The notes under the pieces are model-generated. The model worked only from the letters and a program-made list of their open reading frames with translations. It made no database searches and was not told the origin of the DNA. DNA of 64,000 nucleotides from the NCBI GenBank assembly GCA_965198095.1, contig OZ240239.1, positions 1,785,869 to 1,849,868 on the forward strand, in the 5' to 3' direction. This DNA is from Candidatus Latescibacterota bacterium (lineage in GTDB: Bacteria > Latescibacterota > UBA2968 > GCA-2709665). Position numbers and translations under genes: made by a program. This document shows, piece after piece, positions 35,511-46,370 of this stretch (within the stretch, counting starts at the first letter, position 1; each line of letters starts with the position of its first letter).

Positions 35511-35849
35511 TCATTCACATCCGGGCCCTCTCGCTTCCCTGTCGGCGGTGTCTTGCGGGACGAGACCGGCAACAAGACCGACGGGGTCGGTCCGATGCCG
35601 AGCGAGCAGCTCCTGGAGCTGAGCGAGGACCTTTTCGCGGCTGGACAGTCCATACATATAGATTCTCATCGGACCGATCAGTTTGAGATAGTAGTGGTTC
35701 CCCGCAGAGTACGCCGTGGAACAGGCGCCCGGGTTCTGGGCGACGCGGAGCTGTTCTCCGAAGACCTTCCCAAATTGGGCGAGCAGCGGTTCCTCGTGAA
35801 GGTCTTCAGGAATCTCTGGAAACCTTGCGACCAGTTCTTGAAGTGTCAT
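35511..35849 (-). CDS. Hypothetical protein (112 aa) immediately downstream of the radical SAM gene
   Basis: MTLQELVARFPEIPEDLHEEPLLAQFGKVFGEQLRVAQNPGACSTAYSAGNHYYLKLIGPMRIYMYGL... ATG 35849 follows GGAAAGG and lies 38 nt after the extended radical SAM stop. Confidence 0.5.
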   Translation of the reverse strand: MTLQELVARFPEIPEDLHEEPLLAQFGKVFGEQLRVAQNPGACSTAYSAGNHYYLKLIGPMRIYMYGLSSREKVLAQLQELLARHRTDPVGLVAGLVPQDTADREARGPGCE

Positions 35850-35886
35850 CGGCTGCCTTTCCGTGCATTCGGGACGTGGGACGCAT

Positions 35887-37215
35887 CTACGCAAGAGCAA
35901 ACTGCTCCTCGGTCGGTTCCGCTCAGCAATACCAGGGCTCTGTCAGGTAGGGAACCGTCGCCAGGCATCGTTGGATCCCGGGGTCGTAATCCGGATGGGT
36001 GTGGGCCAGAGGGGGGTTCGCACCCTGCCAGACCGCCCCGAACGTCTCTCTCCTGGACGCCGTCCCGGCCAAACCCCCTTTGACGATTTCACTGACCTCC
36101 TCCTGCAGTCGATCGACCGCCGGGTCCGGATGCTTCCACGGGTAGCTCAGGCTCGCCGGATGGAAGGGCGCGATCACGTCCCGAATGTCGTCGAGCGCCA
36201 GGAGTCGGGAGCCTTCCGGGATCAGAAGACGAATGGCCAACTGAGCGGGTGAGACGTGCTCGATCAGCTCGAGGTCGCTGAGCGTTTGCAGGAAATCGGC
36301 GTAGCCGTCGCGCGTCGTCCAGGGCGAAAACGGGATGAACGTGGGGTTCAGAGTGATCCCGTGCGCTCGGCAGAGCTGGAGCGCCTGGAGAAAGTCTTCT
36401 CGCGTATGACCCTTTTCCAGCAGGAGGAGGACCGGATCGTCGAACGACTCCACGGCCGTCGTGATGATCTTGCAGCCTGTCTCTTTCAGGACGGCGAGCT
36501 GTTTTTCGTGCTTGAGGAGATGCTCCACCTTGATCGTCGCGTCGTAGGTGAGGCCCGGGAAGGCTTCGTGGAGGGTCTCAACCACCCGAAGCGCGTGGCC
36601 GATGCCGTTCAGAAAATCGGGATCCCCGAACGTGATGTGCCTGGCCCCCGCGGAGACCTGCCGGCGGATGTCCTCCAACACGATTTCCGGCTGAACGATC
36701 CGGAACTTGCCGTCGTAAACCGGGACGACGGGGCAGTGGCGGCAGAGGTGCTTACAGCCCCGGCTGGCCTCCGCATAGCCGACCTCTTTTTCTGAACCGT
36801 CGACGTCCTTGAGCCGGGCATAGCTGGAGAGGGGGGGCAGGCCGGTTCTGTCGGGGACCCGGTGCTGCTGTCGCTCCAAGGAGACGACCGGCTCCGGCTG
36901 CGGTCCTCGGATCGATCCTGAATCGCGGAGGGATTGAGCTAGGTGAAGGAGCCCGGCCTCGAATTCGCCCCCAAGGATCGTCTGGGCGCCCAAATTTCGA
37001 AGATAGGGTTCGTTCACGGAGGCGTAGAGCCCGTAGAAACAGATGTGAGCGCCGGGATTTTGAGCCTTTACGCGCTCCAGGACCGGCACGGCGAGGCGGG
37101 TTGCGGTGTGCATGGGGATGTAGAACGCGACGAGATCGGCTCGGCGCACCGCCGCTTCGGGCAGATCTTGCACCGAGAGGTCAGAGAGGGCGACCTCCAT
37201 TCCGACGCGCCGCAA
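35887..37215 (-). CDS. B12-binding-like domain / radical SAM protein with in-frame UGA (candidate selenoprotein, C-U-A-E-P tail)
   Basis: Radical SAM box SRGCKHLCRHCPV. The ORF track ends at TGA 35923..35925 (...EPWYC*), but the frame continues AEPTEEQFALA to TAG 35887..35889. The N-terminus probably extends upstream of 37215 (KVVLISTYELGRQPFGLASPAAW) without a canonical start codon. Confidence 0.65.
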
Positions 37216-37327
37216 CCAGGCGGCCGGAGAGGCCAGACCGAAAGGCTGACGGCCCAGCTCGTAAGTCGAAATCAGAACGACTTTCAGAGCTGGGCCGTCG
37301 GCCTTTCCGGCGCTGATGTGCGTTCCC

Positions 37328-37909
37328 CTATTTGGTCGGCTGATAATAGGGATTTCTTCCGTCTGCGTGCTCGGTAACGTCCATGATTTGCTCGATCTCC
37401 GGAACCGCCTCTTTGATCATTACTTCAACACCCTGCTTGAGTGTGACATCGACCATGCCGCACCCTTGACATCCCCCTCCGAACTGGACGTAGGCGACGT
37501 TGTCCTTAACGTCTACCAAAGAGATGAATCCTCCGTGGGAGGCCACGCCCGGATTGATTTTATCGTCGATGATCTGCTGAACCTTCTCCGCGGCCGTGCC
37601 CTTCAAGTGGGGCGGGACCCGGTTCGGGTTGTCTATTTTGAAACCCCTTCCGGTGAGCCCGTCCATGAAGTCGAGCTTAATGTCCCGGCAATAGGGCGCG
37701 CTGCCGGAATCGACGTAAATGTTGAAGCCCTCGAACGCGATGACTTCGTCGTCGGGGGTTTCCTGGCCCTCCGCAAGGAAAGCCAATCGGTAGTTCGCCT
37801 GGAGGGGAGACGTGGCCTCGGCCTTCACCCTGACGCCAAGCACTTTGGCATCCTGGCTTTCTATCAGCTTGGCGATCTCCCTCTGCGCAACCTCGGTAAC
37901 GGTAACCAT
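37328..37909 (-). CDS. nfuA: Fe-S cluster carrier NfuA-type (degenerate A-type N-domain plus Nfu C-domain)
   Basis: MVTVTEVAQREIAKLIE...NYRLAFL... and a C-terminal GGFISLVDVKDNVAYVQFGGGCQGCGMVDVTLKQGVE (CxxC Nfu motif). Confidence 0.8.
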   Translation of the reverse strand: MVTVTEVAQREIAKLIESQDAKVLGVRVKAEATSPLQANYRLAFLAEGQETPDDEVIAFEGFNIYVDSGSAPYCRDIKLDFMDGLTGRGFKIDNPNRVPPHLKGTAAEKVQQIIDDKINPGVASHGGFISLVDVKDNVAYVQFGGGCQGCGMVDVTLKQGVEVMIKEAVPEIEQIMDVTEHADGRNPYYQPTK

Positions 37910-37911
37910 CT

Positions 37912-38427
37912 CTATCCTCCGGCAGGTGGTAGGACAGCCTCACCTTGGCCGTCCCTTTGGGTCGGATGTTCCCGGTCGATCTTTTCTTGAATCTTCATCA
38001 GCGCGTAGAGCAGATCCTCGGGGCGAGGGGGACAGCCCGGGACGTAGACATCTACGGGAAGAAACTGATCTACGCCCTGAACGAGGGTATACGTGTTGAA
38101 GACGCCTCCGGAGGAGGCACAGGCCCCCATGGAGATCACCCACTTCGGATCGGGCATTTGATCGTAAATCTTCTTGAGCACGGGCATCATCTTGAGGGAG
38201 ATGCGGCCGGACACAATAAGCAGGTCAGACTGCCTCGGAGAGAAACGGACGGCCTCGGCGCCGAATCGGGCCATGTCAAACCGCCCGGAGAGCGTGGCCA
38301 TCATTTCGATTGCGCAGCAGGCGGTGCCGAAGGGCATCGGCCACAGCGAGCTCTTCCGCGCCCAGTTGATCATCCTGTCCAGCGTGGTCGAAATGACGTT
38401 CTCGCCCAGATTCGTCTCCAAACCCAT
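37912..38427 (-). CDS. NuoB-like protein (complex I 20-kDa/PSST subunit paralogue), orphan copy
   Basis: [16 protein letters not shown]...[12 protein letters not shown]...[11 protein letters not shown]...[15 protein letters not shown]: all four N2-cluster Cys positions are present. A second NuoB lies inside the nuo operon at 45882..46367. Confidence 0.8.
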   Translation of the reverse strand: MGLETNLGENVISTTLDRMINWARKSSLWPMPFGTACCAIEMMATLSGRFDMARFGAEAVRFSPRQSDLLIVSGRISLKMMPVLKKIYDQMPDPKWVISMGACASSGGVFNTYTLVQGVDQFLPVDVYVPGCPPRPEDLLYALMKIQEKIDREHPTQRDGQGEAVLPPAGG

Positions 38428-38490
38428 CTCGATCTCCGATCGTCGGATGATGACGCGCTCAATACAAGATACGAAGAATCGGGAAACGCG

Positions 38491-38976
38491 TCAATTATCG
38501 ATGACTTGAAGGACCTCGCCCGCCATCTCCTGAAAGCATCCTCTCAGCTCGCGCTCCTCACGAACAAGCAGATCCTGGAGTGTAATGCGGCCGAGCACCT
38601 GGTCGATCGCGAACTGCACGGCGTTCCAAAGCGAACGGATGGAGCAGTCTACGGAGTGGGTACAGAGCTCCACGACCCCAGTGTGCTCGTCGCAAAAGTT
38701 CGGGCCGAAGAGCCTGCCGCCCAAGACCGTGAGGACGTCGCCGACCACGATCTGATCCACCGGCCTGGAGAGACGGTAGCCGCCCGTTTGACCCCGGGTG
38801 CTTTCCACGAAGCCCCCAATCCGCAAAATGCGCATCAGCTTCGCCACGTTGGGAATCGAAAGCCCCTCGGCCTGACTGATTTCCGGAATCGTGAGGCCGC
38901 GACCGACATCGAGTTCATTCCGTCCAATCTGAATGAGGCACCGCAGTCCGTATTCTTCCTGAGCGCTCAGCTTCAT
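38491..38976 (-). CDS. Rrf2 family transcriptional regulator (IscR/SufR-like, three-Cys cluster site)
   Basis: MKLSAQEEYGLRCLIQIG...LTIPEISQAEGLSIPNVAKLMRILRIGGFVESTRGQTGGYRL... and CDEHTGVVELCTHSVDC. Confidence 0.85.
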   Translation of the reverse strand: MKLSAQEEYGLRCLIQIGRNELDVGRGLTIPEISQAEGLSIPNVAKLMRILRIGGFVESTRGQTGGYRLSRPVDQIVVGDVLTVLGGRLFGPNFCDEHTGVVELCTHSVDCSIRSLWNAVQFAIDQVLGRITLQDLLVREERELRGCFQEMAGEVLQVIDN

Positions 38977-39003
38977 TCTCCAGTCCCCGTTTTGATCGAG
39001 CGT

Positions 39004-39585
39004 TTACAGCATGCCCAGCTCGAGTTTCGCGGCCTCGGACATCATATCCGGATTCCAGGAGGGCTCGAACACGAGGCTTAGAACGACGTCTTTCACGCCG
39101 GGCACGCTACGCACCTTGCTTTCCACCTCTGCGGGAAGGGTGGCTGCGGCGGGGCAATTCGGCGACGTGAGGGTCATCTTGACGTGCGCCATTCCAGACG
39201 GTTCGATCCTGGTTTCATAGATCAATCCAAGCGCATGGATGTTTACCGGAATCTCGGGATCATAGACCGTTTCGAGAATCTGCACGACCTTCTTTTCCAA
39301 CTCGGTGATGTCCAAATCCGGCTCGGGTGAGGCCTCCAACCGCGCCTTGCGGTCTGCAACCTCCTCCGACTTCTGGTCCGCATAGGCGGTCAACGCCTGG
39401 ATGTCGATCGGGGCCGTCTCTTCCTTCCGAGGCGTTTGATACGATTCCGCCTCTTCCGGCGGGCCGCCACGAGAGCCGAACACGCGATGCTTCAGCCGCT
39501 CGAAAAGTCGATTCGGAAATTTCGGGGCCACCTGTTCTCCTCCAGGCTGTTTTTTCGGGCTATTCCGTCGTCGCCGGTGCGCCAT
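39004..39585 (-). CDS. sufT: DUF59/SufT-type Fe-S assembly protein with an approximately 95-aa low-complexity N-terminal extension
   Basis: C-terminal domain VVQILETVYDPEIPVNIHALGLIYE...VKMTLTSPNCPAAATLPAEVESKVRSVPGVKDV. The start is uncertain and overlaps the sufU 3' end by 26 nt. Confidence 0.65.
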   Translation of the reverse strand: MAHRRRRNSPKKQPGGEQVAPKFPNRLFERLKHRVFGSRGGPPEEAESYQTPRKEETAPIDIQALTAYADQKSEEVADRKARLEASPEPDLDITELEKKVVQILETVYDPEIPVNIHALGLIYETRIEPSGMAHVKMTLTSPNCPAAATLPAEVESKVRSVPGVKDVVLSLVFEPSWNPDMMSEAAKLELGML

Positions 39586-40012
39586 TTCCGTGGAGCGCCG
39601 CTTTTAGCGTGTGCCAGGCCAGGGTCGCGCATTTGATTCGCGTCGGAAAGGCCCTTACGCCCGAGAACACGGCAAGCTTTCCCATTTCATCCAGATCCGG
39701 GGCGGCGTCATCATCGCCTGCAACGAGATCGTGGAACTTGCCGAAGAGGGCCTCGGCTTCCTCTACGCTTTGTCGCTTCAGAAGAGAGGTCATCAACGAC
39801 GCCGATGCCTTCGAGATCGCACAGCCGGACCCCTGGAAAGTAATCTCCTCGATCCGGTCATCCTTCAGCTTCAAGTAGACGTTGACGTGGTCGCCACAGA
39901 GGGGGTTGTAGCCTTCCGCCGATCGATCGGCATCTGCGAGCGCCCTGAAATTGCGAGGGCTTTTGTTGTGATCCAGAATGATCTGCTGGTAGAGCTCACG
40001 CAGGTCGAGCAT
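39560..40012 (-). CDS. sufU: SufU-type (IscU-like, zinc-dependent) sulfur transfer protein
   Basis: MLDLRELYQQIILDHNKSPRNFR...GYNPLCGDHVNVYLK...ITFQGSGCAISKASASLM...RIKCATLAW. The ATG lies 1 nt after the sufS stop. Confidence 0.88.
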   Translation of the reverse strand: MLDLRELYQQIILDHNKSPRNFRALADADRSAEGYNPLCGDHVNVYLKLKDDRIEEITFQGSGCAISKASASLMTSLLKRQSVEEAEALFGKFHDLVAGDDDAAPDLDEMGKLAVFSGVRAFPTRIKCATLAWHTLKAALHGNGAPATTE

Positions 40013-40013
40013 G

Positions 40014-41291
40014 TCAGAATATCTCCCGCACCTTATAGAGACCTCGGGCCAGGGCGTCGATGTCGTGCCTGGTGTTGTAGCACGCGATGGCTGCACGGGT
40101 GGTCGCGGAAATCCCGAAGCGCCGCATCAAGGGTTGTGCACAGTGATGACCGGCTCGGACAGCGATGCCTTCCTGGTCAAGAACGGTCCCGATATCGTGT
40201 GGGTGGATGCCTTCGACGACGAACGAAAGGACGCTCACCTTTTTGTCTGCCGTACCGATAAGCCTGAGATCCGGTATGTCCGAGAGGATCTGCGTGGCAT
40301 ACGAGAGGAGGTCCGCTTCATAGGCCGCGGCGTCGTTCAGACCGATCTCTGCCAGGTAGTCGATGGCCGCCCCGAGCCCGATTCCGCCGGCGATCTGAGG
40401 CGTGCCGGCCTCGAATTTATTGGGGGGCTCGGCGTAGGTCGTCTTTTCAAAGGTGACAGACCGGATCATACTCCCCCCTCCCTGGTAAGGGGGCATGGAC
40501 TCGAGGTGCTCCGCCTTTCCGTAGAGCACGCCGATGCCCGTCGGGCCGTAAAGTTTATGCCCGGAGAAGGCGTAGAAATCGCAATCCAGAGCCTGGACGT
40601 CGACTTCCAGATGAGGAACGGCCTGCGCACCGTCGAAAAGCACGGGGACGCCTCGTTCGTGGGCCAGGTTCACGATATCGGAAGCCGGATTGAGGGTGCC
40701 GAGGACGTTTGAAACGTGCGCGACCGAGACGAGCTTCGTTCGCGGGGTGAGCAGCTTTTCATATTCCTCCAACAACAGCTCTCCGCGGTCGTTGATCGGA
40801 ATGACGCGAAGCCTCGCGCCCTTCTCTTCACAGAGCATCTGCCAGGGAACGATGTTGGAGTGGTGTTCCATTTCGGAGATAAGGATCTCGTCGCCCGTTC
40901 CCACCTGCCGCCTGCCGAAGGTCTGTGCGACGAGATTGATCCCTTCGGTTGTGCCGCGCACGAAGACGATCTCCTTGTCGTGCGTTGCGTTCAAGAAACG
41001 CCCAACCCTGTGGCGCGCTCCTTCGTAGGCATCGGTGGCGACTTGGCTCAGGTGGTGCACCCCTCGGTGAACGTTGGCGTTTTCGAGCGCGTAGTAGCGA
41101 TGAAGGGCGTGGATCACGCGCCGCGGTTTCTGGGCCGTGGCCGCATTGTCCAGATAGACCAGGGGCTTGCCCCTTACCCGCTGCCCGAGGATCGGAAAAT
41201 CAGCGCGAACCGCTTCCGCGTCGAACGGTCCCGGTCTCTGGACCCGCGGGAAGGAGGGATCCTCCGCGAGGATGTGGGACGGCAGACTCAT
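40014..41291 (-). CDS. sufS: Cysteine desulfurase SufS (group II)
   Basis: VYLDNAATAQKP...ANVHRGVHHLS...FYAFSGHKLYGPTGIGVLYG...RAGHHCAQPL. Confidence 0.93.
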   Translation of the reverse strand: MSLPSHILAEDPSFPRVQRPGPFDAEAVRADFPILGQRVRGKPLVYLDNAATAQKPRRVIHALHRYYALENANVHRGVHHLSQVATDAYEGARHRVGRFLNATHDKEIVFVRGTTEGINLVAQTFGRRQVGTGDEILISEMEHHSNIVPWQMLCEEKGARLRVIPINDRGELLLEEYEKLLTPRTKLVSVAHVSNVLGTLNPASDIVNLAHERGVPVLFDGAQAVPHLEVDVQALDCDFYAFSGHKLYGPTGIGVLYGKAEHLESMPPYQGGGSMIRSVTFEKTTYAEPPNKFEAGTPQIAGGIGLGAAIDYLAEIGLNDAAAYEADLLSYATQILSDIPDLRLIGTADKKVSVLSFVVEGIHPHDIGTVLDQEGIAVRAGHHCAQPLMRRFGISATTRAAIACYNTRHDIDALARGLYKVREIF

Positions 41292-41303
41292 CTATCGTGG
41301 CCT

Positions 41304-42641
41304 TTACCCCTGAGGGAGGATTGGAGAACGTTCGAGCTTCGCCTTGACCCAGTCGTTCAGACGCGTCCGCACGGCGTCAATTCGGACGTTGTCCAGGATC
41401 TCGTCCGCAAACGCCTGGATCATAACCTGCCGGGCGGTTTCGGGCCCGACGCCTCGAGACCGGAGATAAAAGATGGCCTTTTCGTCGATCTGTCCGATCG
41501 TGGCTCCGTGAGAACATTTGACGTCGTCCGCGTAGATCTCGAGCTGGGGTTTCGCGACGACCGAAGCGTCATCGGAGAGAAGCAGGTTCTGGTTGGTCTG
41601 GTAGGCGTCCGTCTTTTGCGCGGTCTGATGGACGTAGATTTTGCCACGAAAGACCCCCTTCGACCTCCCGTTCAGGATGCCTTTAAAGAACTCGTGGCTG
41701 GTGCAGTGCGGCGCCACGTGCTCGATCAACGTGTGGTTGTCCACGTGCTCGGACGCGTCGAGCAGGTAGAAGCCGTTTACCGTCGCTTCCCCCCCCTCGC
41801 CGGCCAGTCGGGCGTTCACTTCGTTCCGGACGAGACGTCCTCCGAGTGAGATCGTGTGGGTGGAGACGTTGCTGGCGCCGCCCTGAGAGGTCTGTGTGGT
41901 GGCGACGTGAAAGGCCGCTTCGTTCTCCAGAACGAGTTTATAGTGATCGACAACCGAACCTTCCCCCGCTACGATCTCGGTGACCGCATTCGTGAAGTAA
42001 GGGGCGTTCCCGAATCCGACGTAAGTTTCAACGATCGAGAGCGCGCCGTGCGCTTCCGTAAGGACGAGGCAGCGGGGGTGGGAGACGATCGGCCGTTCGT
42101 CTGCGGTCGAAACAAAAAGGATGTGGACAGGCGCGTCGAACGCGACGTTCCTCGGAACGTGGACAAAGGCGCCGTCGTGGACGAAGGCGGTGTTGAGCGC
42201 GGTGAACGTCTGGGCTTCATAGTCTGCGTATTGGCCCAGGTGTTTGGACAGGAGGGTGTCTTCCGGGTCGAGGTCGGCGCTTAAGCTGCCCGCTCTGGCT
42301 CCGTCGGGCAGGTGCTCGAGCGACGAAAGCTCCGGGGCGTAGCGTCCGTTCACGAAGACCAGCTGGATGGCGTCGTAAGCGAACGGTTCGATCTGCTCCG
42401 GGCCCACCGCAACCGGCCTGCCTCTGAGCGCCGGTTGGAACCGCGTCGCGACGATGGGCGCCGCGTTCGTGTAGCGCCACGCCTCGTCGCCCGTCGTCGG
42501 AAAATCCAGGCGCTCAAACCGATCGGCGGCCTGCCTGCGCAGACTGCGGAGGGGGAAGCGGTCGGCTCCGTTCAGACCTCTCTCGAACGCCCTGTGGGCG
42601 GAAAGGTAGGCTTCTTTTGTTTGGGCCGCGGGCCGTGCCAT
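41304..42641 (-). CDS. sufD: Fe-S cluster assembly protein SufD
   Basis: N-terminal ...FPTTGDEAWRYTN... and C-terminal KPQLEIYADDVKCSHGATIGQIDEKAIFYLRSRG. Confidence 0.9.
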   Translation of the reverse strand: MARPAAQTKEAYLSAHRAFERGLNGADRFPLRSLRRQAADRFERLDFPTTGDEAWRYTNAAPIVATRFQPALRGRPVAVGPEQIEPFAYDAIQLVFVNGRYAPELSSLEHLPDGARAGSLSADLDPEDTLLSKHLGQYADYEAQTFTALNTAFVHDGAFVHVPRNVAFDAPVHILFVSTADERPIVSHPRCLVLTEAHGALSIVETYVGFGNAPYFTNAVTEIVAGEGSVVDHYKLVLENEAAFHVATTQTSQGGASNVSTHTISLGGRLVRNEVNARLAGEGGEATVNGFYLLDASEHVDNHTLIEHVAPHCTSHEFFKGILNGRSKGVFRGKIYVHQTAQKTDAYQTNQNLLLSDDASVVAKPQLEIYADDVKCSHGATIGQIDEKAIFYLRSRGVGPETARQVMIQAFADEILDNVRIDAVRTRLNDWVKAKLERSPILPQG

Positions 42642-42656
42642 GGTTGCGCTGTTCTC

Positions 42657-43430
<774 letters not shown>

Positions 43431-43449
43431 GCGTGTTCCTCCTGCTCTC

Positions 43450-44916
<1,467 letters not shown>

Positions 44917-45010
44917 GCGAAGGGTCCCTTTCTCCAAAGGTTGGAATGGCGGAGAAACCGGACGTTTCTTACGTTAACGCTCGTGGGCTGGTCCCGCCTC
45001 CAGACCCCAC

Positions 45011-45039
45011 AACATAACTTAACCACACTTTATTGTCAA
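45011..45039 (-). promoter_or_regulatory. Putative suf operon promoter (TTGACA-17-TATGTT on the minus strand)
   Basis: Reverse complement reads TTGACA (45039..45034), 17-nt spacer, TATGTT (45016..45011). About 90 nt upstream of the sufB ATG. Confidence 0.45.
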
Positions 45040-45176
45040 GTTTAAAAGTGGCGTCCGCGCCCTTCTCTAATTTTTTTTATAAGATAATGTTATAATTAGA
45101 CATATATCCTCTCACCGCAGGGTCGAAAAGGAGACCGGAGCGGGAGGCGCCCGGGCCGCCGTTAAGCGTTTTCTAC

Positions 45177-45206
45177 TTGACAGGCGCCCACACGATTAGG
45201 TATTTT
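45177..45206 (+). promoter_or_regulatory. Putative nuo operon promoter (TTGACA-18-TATTTT)
   Basis: TTGACA 45177..45182, 18-nt spacer, TATTTT 45201..45206, about 80 nt upstream of the nuoA ATG. Confidence 0.4.
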
Positions 45207-45286
45207 AAAATTCATTCCAAAATCTGCGTAACCTTTTGTTTTTTTCGGTATTTCCCTACTTCACATCTGGCTTTGAGGATCGTCTT

Positions 45287-45676
45287 ATGCTGTTTGATTA
45301 TGCTAATGTGTTGATATTTCTGGGCATTGGCGCCTTTTTTATCGTTTTCAACCTGTTTATGGGGAGTCTCATCCGCCCCAAGAACCCCTCGCCCGAGAAA
45401 CTGAGCACGTATGAGTGCGGCGAGGAGCCGGTCGGGGGCTCCTGGATCCAGTTCAACATTCGGTTCTACATCGTTGCCCTCGTGTTTATCATCTTCGACG
45501 TGGAGATCGTCTTCCTTTACCCGTGGGCTGTCGTGGTGAAGGACCTGATGGCCTACGGTTGGTTCGCGTTCGTGGAGATGATGATCTTTGTGTCGATTCT
45601 CCTCGTCGGTTTGGCCTATGCGTGGAAGAAGGGGGCGCTGGAGTGGGTGCGCGCCCAGGCCCCAAGCTCGCGTTGA
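45287..45676 (+). CDS. nuoA: NADH-quinone oxidoreductase subunit A
   Basis: ...[44 protein letters not shown]... ATG 45287 follows GAGGA. Confidence 0.9.
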   Translation: MLFDYANVLIFLGIGAFFIVFNLFMGSLIRPKNPSPEKLSTYECGEEPVGGSWIQFNIRFYIVALVFIIFDVEIVFLYPWAVVVKDLMAYGWFAFVEMMIFVSILLVGLAYAWKKGALEWVRAQAPSSR

Positions 45677-45881
45677 GTTGTGGCCGTTGTCGAAGCGCTG
45701 AACACACGGCGCCGCGCCCATCAGTCTCCCACGCGCAATTCCGGAGTCTCGCGCGACTGACCGGTCGGCGTGTTGAGGCAGGCGCCCATCCGGGTCCTGG
45801 CTTCCCGCGACGCCGATACGCCGTTCCCCGTGACTCCAGCCCCAGCTTGGTTTCTTATCTTACTTAGGAGGTGAGTGAATC

Positions 45882-46367
45882 GTGGGTGTCGTTGAGGGCC
45901 GTTTTAACGACAACGTCATCGTGACGTCGCTCGATTACTTCATCAACTGGGCGAGGCTCTCTTCCCTGTGGCCGATGACGTTTGGGCTGGCCTGCTGCGC
46001 GATCGAGATGATGGCGACGGGTGCTTCCCGCTACGACTGGGACAGATTGGGGCTGATTCCCAGGGCAACACCCAGGCAGTCCGATTTGATGATTGTGGCC
46101 GGTACGGTCACGCTCAAGATGGCCACGCGCGTGAAGAAACTCTACGATCAGATGGCCGAGCCACGCTACGTGATCTCCATGGGGTGCTGCGCCACCTCCG
46201 GCGGGCCTTATTGGCAGCACGGCTATCACGTCCTCAAGGGTGTGGATCGGGTCATCCCGGTAGACGTCTACGTGCCGGGCTGTCCGCCGCGCCCCGAGTC
46301 GCTCCTCGAGGGCGTCTTGAAGCTTCAAGAGAAAATCCGCCATCAGTCGATTGCGAAGGTGGGATGA
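45882..46367 (+). CDS. nuoB: NADH-quinone oxidoreductase subunit B
   Basis: [16 protein letters not shown]...[12 protein letters not shown]...[11 protein letters not shown]...[18 protein letters not shown] start follows AGGAGGTGA. Confidence 0.92.
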   Translation: MGVVEGRFNDNVIVTSLDYFINWARLSSLWPMTFGLACCAIEMMATGASRYDWDRLGLIPRATPRQSDLMIVAGTVTLKMATRVKKLYDQMAEPRYVISMGCCATSGGPYWQHGYHVLKGVDRVIPVDVYVPGCPPRPESLLEGVLKLQEKIRHQSIAKVG

Positions 46368-46370
46368 GCC

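Noticed and set aside
35406-35513. Read-through of the TGA stop of the 112-aa ORF as a second selenocysteine.
   Set aside because: The 34 downstream codons translate to Arg/Pro/His-rich sequence with no coding character. There is no Cys/Sec redox context and no hairpin at a SECIS-like distance.
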